Origin: Abditibacterium sp.
Lineage (GTDB): Bacteria > Armatimonadota > Abditibacteriia > Abditibacteriales > Abditibacteriaceae
Length of the DNA: 64,000 bases
Reading direction: 5' to 3'
Assembly (NCBI GenBank): GCA_965199495.1
Contig: CBDASK010000003.1
Span: forward strand, 3,712,001 to 3,776,000
The notes beneath the pieces are model-generated. The model searched no databases, was not told where the DNA came from, and saw only the letters and a list, made by a program, of their open reading frames with translations. Shown in pieces: positions 57,173-64,000 of the stretch (positions are counted from its first letter, which is position 1; each line of letters starts with the position of its first letter). The translations under genes were made by a program, and so were the position numbers.

Positions 57173-60100
57173 TTATCCGACAGTCATTTCGACCTGCGCA
57201 TAACCCATTTTGTCGCGCGACAATTGATAGCGATGGCCGAAAAAATCCTGCACATCGTTTTGATGCGAGACGACAATAATGCGCCCACCTTTCAATTCGT
57301 GCTCGCTCAGATGGCGCAGGTTATCCACCATCAAACCGCGATTTTCTTCGTCCAAGGCGCCAAAACCTTCGTCAATCACGAGCGTGTTCATCGGCGCGCC
57401 GCCCGCCGCCATTTGGCCAATGGCAATCGCCAGACTAATCGCCACGCGAAACCGTTCGCCACCGCTGAGCGCATCGAAAGTGCGCTGCGCGCCGCCGCGC
57501 GCCAAATCGCGCGCGATGATTTCGAGTTCTTTGTCTTTATCGTCCTCACCCGCTTCGCGCAAATCAATTTGCCATTGGCCTTTCGATAAACGCCCCAAAA
57601 TCTTGTTAGCCGCGCCGCGCAAGTTTTCCTGCGCCTGCTTGATGATGCGCGCCTGCAAACCGTCGCGCCCCAACGCCTCGGCCAGTTCATTGTCGCGGCC
57701 AAACTCGACTTGCGCCTCGTTGCGGCCTGTTTCGGCGCGTTCCCATGTCGCGCGCGCCTGACGCGTCTCAATTAAATTCTCACGCGCGTTTTGCAATGCG
57801 TCTTCCGCGTTATCTAATTCGGCACGCGCTTGATTTAACGCCGTTTGCGCCCGCTCGACTTCGATGCGATGTTCGATGGGAATCGCCGCGATTTGATCTC
57901 GCAAAAACTGGATTTCGCTTTCCAAATCGCGCACGCGTTGCCGCGCCTGCGCCAGTTCGCCCGCGCGTGCAGCCACGGCGCCCAAATCGTTGGTGCGCGC
58001 GCTTAAATCGTTCAACTTTCCGTCTTCATGCGCGGCAGCGTCTTCGCGCCAACGCGGCGCAAGTCCGTCGAGTTGCGCGTTTAATTCGGCGTTCGCTTTC
58101 CGCGCGACATCCAATTTTTGCGCTTCCAACGCCGCCGCGAGTTTCGCGTTGTTCTGCGCTTCCGTCAAATCGTCGCGCGCTTTTTGCTGCCGATGTTGCG
58201 CGTCTTGCGCTTCGTCTTGCGCCGCTTTCAATCCTGCGTTCGCGTGCTGCAAAACGCTCTGCAAATCGTCTTGCAATTCGCCAATTAAGCGGCGTTTCGC
58301 GTCGTCCCAAGCGGGCAAACGCCGCAGTTGGTCGCGATTCGCTTTCGCCGTGGCTTGTGTTTGCAACTCGACATTGCGCGCCTTTTGCAAAGCGCGCCAA
58401 TCGTCTTCGATTGTCACAGGTTCCTGCCGAGAAAGTCGCTGTTCCAGCGTGCCCAAATCTTCGCGTGCCCACTCGCCCGCGTCAGCGCGCGCCATCGTTA
58501 ATTCGCGGCTTTTCTCGTTCATATCGCGCTGTGCTGCTTCGAGTTGCGCTTCGGTTTTGCCCGCGATTTTGTCCGCTTTATCAAACTCGGCGCGCGCGTT
58601 TTTTTCGGTTTGCGCGCGCGCTTTTTTATCTGTTTCCAAAGCGCGTAATTCGCCTTCGATTTCGCCCAAGCGCGCTTGCCACTTTTCAATTTCGCGGCGC
58701 AACATTTCGCGTTCGTGCGCAATCCGTTCGCACGCATCCGAACCGTTGGAACCGTCGAGCGTTGAGCCGCAAGTCGGACATTCGTCGGCGTCTTGCAATT
58801 CGTCGCGCGCGCGCAAAATTTCGCGATTCAATTCTAATTTGGCCGCTAACTTTGCGCGTTGCGTTTTGAGTTCTTCGTCCGCGCCATCCAATTCGCCGTG
58901 CGCTTGCCGCGCCTTTTTCCACGTCGCTTCAGCACTTTTCGCATTTTGCGCGGCGATTTCGCCCGCTTTTTGCGCGTCATTGGCCGCATTTTGCGCGGTC
59001 GTCAACTTTCGCGATGCTTGCTCAAGCGGGCGCACTTTTGCGATTATCGCGTTCAAATCCTCGATTTGCGCGCGCCGCGCTTCGATATTTTCCGCTTGAT
59101 TCAACCAAACGCGATGCGGTTCTAATGCGCGCTCACAAGCAGCCACGGCGGCTTCCAACTCTTCGATTTGCGCCAACGTTTCGGCATCTCTTTGCGCGTT
59201 GGCGCCGTCCAATTCGGCCTGTTTCGCGCGCAATTGCGCTTGCATCAAAGCGTCGGCGGCGAGTTCGCTTTGCGCCCGCGTTTGTTCCACGAACGGCGCC
59301 AATTCGCGTTCTTTGATTTGCGCGTTTTCCCGTTCCGCGCGCGCCGGTTCCAACTCTACTTCGGCGCCCGACAACGCGCGCCGCGCCGCGCCGATGGAAC
59401 GGAGCGACGGCAAAATCGCGTTCAATTCGTCACGTTCCGTCACAGCTTGTTCGATGATTTCGGCATCAGCCAAAATCGCCGCGTCATCGCTTTGCCGCGC
59501 GATTTTAGCATCAACTTGCGTTTGCCAATCCGCCGCTAAAATTGCGTCATCGCACAGCTTTTGCGCGCGCTTGGCCGTTTCCCCCAATTTACCAACGCGC
59601 GTTTGCGCATTGGTCGCGAGTTGTTCGGCGCGCGTCAAATCTTCGGGCGAAACCGGCGCGCAGTTTTGCAATTGCGTCTCCTTAATTTTAAGTTCGACCC
59701 GCGATTGGTTGCGTCGCGCGTTGGCGGCGGCGCTGATTTTTTCGTATACGCTCAGGTCGAGCAGTTCCATCAATTGATCGCGGCGTTCGCGCGGCGTCGC
59801 GCGCAAAAAACGGTCGGCGCGGCCCTGTTCTAAAATCACCGACGAGACAAAATTTTCGTAAGAAACTTTGAGCGTGCGCTCCGCCCAATCGCGGATTTTG
59901 CCGACGTTTTCTTCAACAACCCAACGGTTTTCGCTTTCGCGCCAGCGCGAAACTTCGGCCCACGAACTCGAATGTCCGTCGCGATTTTTCTTGAGTTTCA
60001 GGCGCCGCTTGATCAAATAACGCTCGCCGTTTGCTTCCAATTCGACCTCGACGTTTGCCGCCATGCTGCGGTCGTTGACGAGTTTGGCCAATTGTCCGCC

Positions 60101-60286
60101 GCGCGCCTTATCGAAGAGCGCGAATGTAATCGCGTCGAAAACCGAGCTTTTGCCGCTACCGTTGGCTCCGTGCATCAGCCACAAATTCGACTCGCGAAAA
60201 TCGAGGTCAATCGGCGCAATGGCGCCGTCAATTTCCCGTCCATAATGGGCCAAAAAGCCCTGCAAACTAACGCGATTTAACTTCAT
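57173..60286 (-). CDS. sbcC: SMC-family exonuclease subunit SbcC
   Basis: GANGSGKS, coiled coil with CPTC hook, LSGGE, IDEGFG. Confidence 0.92.
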   Translation of the reverse strand: MKLNRVSLQGFLAHYGREIDGAIAPIDLDFRESNLWLMHGANGSGKSSVFDAITFALFDKARGGQLAKLVNDRSMAANVEVELEANGERYLIKRRLKLKKNRDGHSSSWAEVSRWRESENRWVVEENVGKIRDWAERTLKVSYENFVSSVILEQGRADRFLRATPRERRDQLMELLDLSVYEKISAAANARRNQSRVELKIKETQLQNCAPVSPEDLTRAEQLATNAQTRVGKLGETAKRAQKLCDDAILAADWQTQVDAKIARQSDDAAILADAEIIEQAVTERDELNAILPSLRSIGAARRALSGAEVELEPARAERENAQIKERELAPFVEQTRAQSELAADALMQAQLRAKQAELDGANAQRDAETLAQIEELEAAVAACERALEPHRVWLNQAENIEARRAQIEDLNAIIAKVRPLEQASRKLTTAQNAANDAQKAGEIAAQNAKSAEATWKKARQAHGELDGADEELKTQRAKLAAKLELNREILRARDELQDADECPTCGSTLDGSNGSDACERIAHEREMLRREIEKWQARLGEIEGELRALETDKKARAQTEKNARAEFDKADKIAGKTEAQLEAAQRDMNEKSRELTMARADAGEWAREDLGTLEQRLSRQEPVTIEDDWRALQKARNVELQTQATAKANRDQLRRLPAWDDAKRRLIGELQDDLQSVLQHANAGLKAAQDEAQDAQHRQQKARDDLTEAQNNAKLAAALEAQKLDVARKANAELNAQLDGLAPRWREDAAAHEDGKLNDLSARTNDLGAVAARAGELAQARQRVRDLESEIQFLRDQIAAIPIEHRIEVERAQTALNQARAELDNAEDALQNARENLIETRQARATWERAETGRNEAQVEFGRDNELAEALGRDGLQARIIKQAQENLRGAANKILGRLSKGQWQIDLREAGEDDKDKELEIIARDLARGGAQRTFDALSGGERFRVAISLAIAIGQMAAGGAPMNTLVIDEGFGALDEENRGLMVDNLRHLSEHELKGGRIIVVSHQNDVQDFFGHRYQLSRDKMGYAQVEMTVG

Positions 60287-61448
60287 TTTCGACTTCCTCC
60301 AAAATACTTAACGTCTTTTTTTGCAAAATATCTAAATCGGTGCGTTCGATAAACCGTTCGCCGATATAATCCATCGCCGTCGCTTTCCAATCGCGCGGCG
60401 CGAAATTCTCACGTTCGCTCACTTCGCTGTTTTCGTTGACCGAAACGCAATCCAAAACGCGCGGACACAACTCGTAAACGCGCCGCCGCGCGCCAACGGC
60501 ATCGTCGGCTCCGGCACAATCGAGCGTGACATGAACGAACGCGGTTTGATAATTGGGATAGCGTGCGGGCAACTCTTCGATGTCGTTGGCATGAATCTTA
60601 ATGTCTGTAAAGGGCGTCGCCGGAAGTTGCAGCCACGTCGCCGTGGCTGCATAGTTGTCGGCGCGGTCGGCGCCGATTTCGACCAGATAAACGCCGCGTT
60701 GCGGATCGTGCCGTTCGCCGCGATTGTAGCGATCCAAGTTGCCCGAATAGTAACACGGCACGACGCATTCGCCGCCTATTTTTTGCGGCTGATGAATATG
60801 TCCGAGCGCGATATAACTGACATTGCGCGGCAAATCGGCGGTGCCGATGCGCAGACCGGGCGTGTAAGACAATTCCATTTCCGACGGCGTTTTTACGCCC
60901 GCGACCGTGACGTGCCCGATGAAAACGGCGGGCTTGGAATCGTCGAAATTGGCCGCGATTTTCGCGACCTGCGCCGCGTAACCGGCGCTCATCGAAGCGT
61001 CGCGGTCGTCGTCGTGAGCGTCTTGATATTCGCGTGCATAACGCGCCAAAACGTCACGCGACGGGTAGGGCATCGCGCCCCACTGCACGCCGCACATCTC
61101 GAAATTTTCCGGCTGCTCGATGACATGCAATCGCGAAATCGCCTCGCCTTCGAGCGCCAAAAGCGCGCGCATCATCTGCAAATGTTCGGGCGTATCGTGG
61201 TTGCCCGACATCAAAACCACGTTCAACCCGCGCTCGATATGCGGCTTGAGCAAATCCGTCAAGCGTTTGGTCAGCGCCGCCAATCCGGTGCGCTTCTCGA
61301 AAACATCGCCCGCCACGACGAGGGCACAAACTTCATGTTGTTCGCATAATTCCAAGATTCGTTCGACCTGCGCGAACTGAATGTCGGTCAAATCGTGGGT
61401 GCCCAATCGCAAACCCAAATGCCAATCGCCGGTATGGATAAATTTCAT
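60267..61448 (-). CDS. sbcD: Exonuclease subunit SbcD
   Basis: HTGDWHLG, AGDVF, GNHD, ALGHIH. Confidence 0.92.
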   Translation of the reverse strand: MKFIHTGDWHLGLRLGTHDLTDIQFAQVERILELCEQHEVCALVVAGDVFEKRTGLAALTKRLTDLLKPHIERGLNVVLMSGNHDTPEHLQMMRALLALEGEAISRLHVIEQPENFEMCGVQWGAMPYPSRDVLARYAREYQDAHDDDRDASMSAGYAAQVAKIAANFDDSKPAVFIGHVTVAGVKTPSEMELSYTPGLRIGTADLPRNVSYIALGHIHQPQKIGGECVVPCYYSGNLDRYNRGERHDPQRGVYLVEIGADRADNYAATATWLQLPATPFTDIKIHANDIEELPARYPNYQTAFVHVTLDCAGADDAVGARRRVYELCPRVLDCVSVNENSEVSERENFAPRDWKATAMDYIGERFIERTDLDILQKKTLSILEEVENEVKSR

Positions 61449-61545
61449 CGTAAGTTTAAAATGGTTTCCAAGTATTCACTAATGAGGATGAATTCACAAG
61501 CGCATCCACAAAAACGCCCCGCGAAAGAAATCGCGAGGCGTTGGC

Positions 61546-62523
61546 TTACAAATTCATCTGCGCCAACTGCGTCAGATAACGGTCGCCCCGGTCGCACAAA
61601 ATCGTGGTAACGACGGCGTTTTCGCCGCGCTCGTCCAGTTCGCGCGCGACTTTCATGGCAGCCCAGACCGCCGCGCCCGCCGAAAAGCCGACGAATAAAC
61701 CTTCTTCTTCGGCTAAGCGCGCTTGCATATTATAAGCGTCTTCGGTGTCGGCTTCGATTTTTCGGTCGTGCGCGTGGGGGTTGTAAATGCCCGGCACAAT
61801 CGAGGTTTCCATGTGCTTCAAACCTTCGATGCCGTGCATCGCGTTGTCCGGTTCGACGGCGATGATGCACACGTCGGGATTGACTTCTTTGAGATAACGC
61901 GCCGTGCCCATCAAGGTGCCGCTCGTGCCCAGCGTCGCCAGAAAGTGCGTCACGCGATGATCGGTTTGCTCCCAGATTTCGGGGCCGGTGCCGAGATAGT
62001 GCGCTTCGGGGTTGGCTTCGTTGTTGTATTGATCGGGCTTGAAATACAAATCGGGATTCTCTTCGTAAATCTCGCGAGCTTTCAAAATCGCGCCATCCGA
62101 GCCGTCGAAGGCCGAGCTTAACACCATTTCGGCGCCATACATTTTGACAATCGCGCGGCGTTCGGGCGAGACGTTACCCGGCATCACGAGTTTGACTTTG
62201 TAGCCCAGCGCCGCGCCCAACATAGCGTAGGCGATGCCCGTATTGCCCGAAGTCGAATCGAGAATAATTTTGTCCGGCGTTAAGGCGCCCGACTCCAGGC
62301 CACGGCGCATCATATTAAAGGCGGCGCGGTCTTTGACGCTGCCCGCCGGGTTCATATATTCGGCTTTGGCATAGACCTCGACGTGCCGTAAATCCTTCGT
62401 GATATTATTGAGGCGAATGAGCGGCGTATTGCCGATTAAGTCAACGATGGACACGTCGCTATCCAGACGCCGTTGCGGATCGGCGAGTTGCGGGGGAGCA
62501 GAAATCATGGGGTTATTAACCAT
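61546..62523 (-). CDS. cysM: PLP-dependent cysteine synthase (CysM-like)
   Basis: IGNTPL, NPAGSVKDR, TSGNTG, GTSGT, IEGLKH, DRYL. Confidence 0.88.
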   Translation of the reverse strand: MVNNPMISAPPQLADPQRRLDSDVSIVDLIGNTPLIRLNNITKDLRHVEVYAKAEYMNPAGSVKDRAAFNMMRRGLESGALTPDKIILDSTSGNTGIAYAMLGAALGYKVKLVMPGNVSPERRAIVKMYGAEMVLSSAFDGSDGAILKAREIYEENPDLYFKPDQYNNEANPEAHYLGTGPEIWEQTDHRVTHFLATLGTSGTLMGTARYLKEVNPDVCIIAVEPDNAMHGIEGLKHMETSIVPGIYNPHAHDRKIEADTEDAYNMQARLAEEEGLFVGFSAGAAVWAAMKVARELDERGENAVVTTILCDRGDRYLTQLAQMNL

Positions 62524-62971
62524 TTTTTATCGTCACGGGTTCCTCAACGATAGATTCGGGAATTTGGCGTCCAGTAATTTTAAACGAGCGCGGTTCGGGA
62601 TTTTCGGGGTCGCGCAGCGAAACGATGAGATACGAATAGCCGGGAAAAATCAGTTCGTCGCCGGTTTCGTCCCAGTGCGCGCGCGCGACATCGGTTTTCG
62701 ATGGGTAGGGCACGGTCGCCGGATGCGTGTGATAAATGCCGACGATTTCCAAATCGCGCGCGCGCGCATCGGCGTCAATTTTCATGTATTGCAAACCGTC
62801 CATCGAATAGGTCGTTTCCTGCGGATCGGTCGAATCCACGCGATGAATTTCGGAAACCGTGGCATCGTCGCCGTCGCGGTGCCCGACGAGCAATCCGCAA
62901 ATTTCGAGCGGTTTGCCTTCGCGTCCGTGTTCGATAATTTTCTGGTAATCTTCGTTGGAAAGAGTAAGCAT
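62516..62971 (-). CDS. JAB/MPN+ metalloprotease (Mec-like, M67)
   Basis: PLEICGLL, IYHTHP...PSKTD, YLIVSL; overlaps the cysteine synthase start. Confidence 0.88.
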   Translation of the reverse strand: MLTLSNEDYQKIIEHGREGKPLEICGLLVGHRDGDDATVSEIHRVDSTDPQETTYSMDGLQYMKIDADARARDLEIVGIYHTHPATVPYPSKTDVARAHWDETGDELIFPGYSYLIVSLRDPENPEPRSFKITGRQIPESIVEEPVTIKNG

Positions 62972-62985
62972 AAAGGTATGAGGAG

Positions 62986-63194
62986 AGCGTTACAATTGGC
63001 CCCCTCCCCAGCCCTCCCCGTGCCAGGAGAGGGAGCCACGTCGAAGTCGTTATTAATTTTCGCAACTTGCTTTCACGGTGTAGGACGGCGCCGTTTTGAA
63101 ACGCCCAAGTTAGTTCCGAAAACGATTGACGTCCGAAACGTAGCTCCCTCTCCCGGCACGGGGGAGGGCTGGGGTGGGGGCCAATCGTAACGCT
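62986..63194. repeat. Long palindromic repeat (CCCCTCCCCAGCCCTCCCC/GGGAGAGGG family)
   Basis: AGCGTTACAATTGGCCCCCTCCCCAGCCCTCCCCGTGCCAGGAGAGGGAGC and near reverse complement ending at the sat stop. Confidence 0.85.
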
Positions 63195-64000
63195 AATCGG
63201 TTTTCATCGCTTCTATCAAAACTTGCGCCACTTCGGGCCGCGTGAATTCGGGCGGTGGCTGCTGTCCGTCCATCAACATCTGGCGGACTTTGGTGCCGGA
63301 TAACGCCCACTTCTCGGCATCCGAAGGCAAAGTTTTATCGGTGCCCATGCAACCAACCGTGGGGCTATAATACGCGTGATCGAAAAGCATCGGCGTAATG
63401 CCTAATTCTTGCGGCTCGAACTCGTCGAAGATATATTGCGCGTCGCGCGTGCCGTAATAGTTGCCGACGCCCGCATAATCGCGCCCAACGATGAAATGCG
63501 TGCAACCGTAATTTTTGCGCACAATCGCGTGATGAACCGCCTCGCGCGGCCCGGCGCTGCGCATCACGGCAGGGAAAGCCGAAAGCATCACGCGGTCGCG
63601 CGGATAATAATTATCCAACAAAACTTCGTAGCACTTCATGCGTGCGTCGGGCGGAATCACGCCCTCTTCGCGCGGCGCGAAAAGCGGATGAATCAGCAAA
63701 CCGTCCATCGTTTCCAAAGCGCATTTAGTGATATATTCGTGCGCGCGATGAATCGGATTTTGCGTTTGGAAACCGACGATTTTGCGCCAGCCACGTTGAG
63801 CGAAGGCGCGGCGCATCTGCTGCGGAGTTAAACGTTGGCCGGGAAACGAATCGTCCACGCGCTCCTGCAAAACCTGAATTGGCCCGGCCAGATGAATCTC
63901 GCCGCGCCGATAAAGCGCGCGCACGCCGGGATGCGCGTCCTCGGATGTGCGATAAACCAACTGCGCCTCGCGCTCGCGGTTATAGCGGTAAATCTCTTCC
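63193..64000 (-). CDS. sat: Sulfate adenylyltransferase-like protein, 5' end beyond window
   Basis: HPGV, FQTQNPIHRAHEY, AGPREAVHHAIVRKNYGCTHFIVGRD, LSGTKVR, PPEFTRPEV. Confidence 0.9.
   Translation of the reverse strand, partial: EEIYRYNREREAQLVYRTSEDAHPGVRALYRRGEIHLAGPIQVLQERVDDSFPGQRLTPQQMRRAFAQRGWRKIVGFQTQNPIHRAHEYITKCALETMDGLLIHPLFAPREEGVIPPDARMKCYEVLLDNYYPRDRVMLSAFPAVMRSAGPREAVHHAIVRKNYGCTHFIVGRDYAGVGNYYGTRDAQYIFDEFEPQELGITPMLFDHAYYSPTVGCMGTDKTLPSDAEKWALSGTKVRQMLMDGQQPPPEFTRPEVAQVLIEAMKTD

Noticed and set aside
57745..59777. Long plus-strand ORFs opposite sbcC
   Set aside because: Low-complexity Ala/Ser/Arg antisense shadows of the coiled-coil region.

Overview
GC-rich bacterial chromosomal segment. 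Gene style and intergenic repeats suggest an Armatimonadota/Abditibacteriota-like organism, but this is inference only. Housekeeping content: a >3000-aa cyclic beta-1,2-glucan synthase running off the left edge (absent from the ORF track), miaB, degP, ppdK, murA, pgeF, uvrC, the adk-infA-rpmJ-rpsM-rpsK-rpsD-rpoA-rplQ-truA-rplM-rpsI cluster, zwf/pgl, sbcCD, a cysteine synthase, a JAB protease and a partial sat. The most striking feature is a spore-photoproduct-lyase-family radical SAM gene fractured inside its CxxxCxxC motif by a naturally split intein (IntN 96 aa, IntC 39 aa). A zinc-finger HNH endonuclease is encoded on the opposite strand between the halves; it overlaps nearly all of IntN and shares a CATG with the IntC start. 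Other accessory features: a Y1 transposase flanked by REP-doublet palindromes, a catalytically degenerate SRAP-SWIM fusion, and a defence island (GHKL ATPase-nuclease, EcoRV-like R-M, toxin-antitoxin pairs, duplicated REase fragment). Two different low-GC cargo genes sit in the same rplQ-end/truA-start flanks. There is also a frameshifted GH99-like gene, several families of long intergenic palindromes, and a recurrent leaderless-promoter pattern. No rRNA, tRNA or CRISPR array was recognised. All calls come from reading motifs by eye; no database searches were run.
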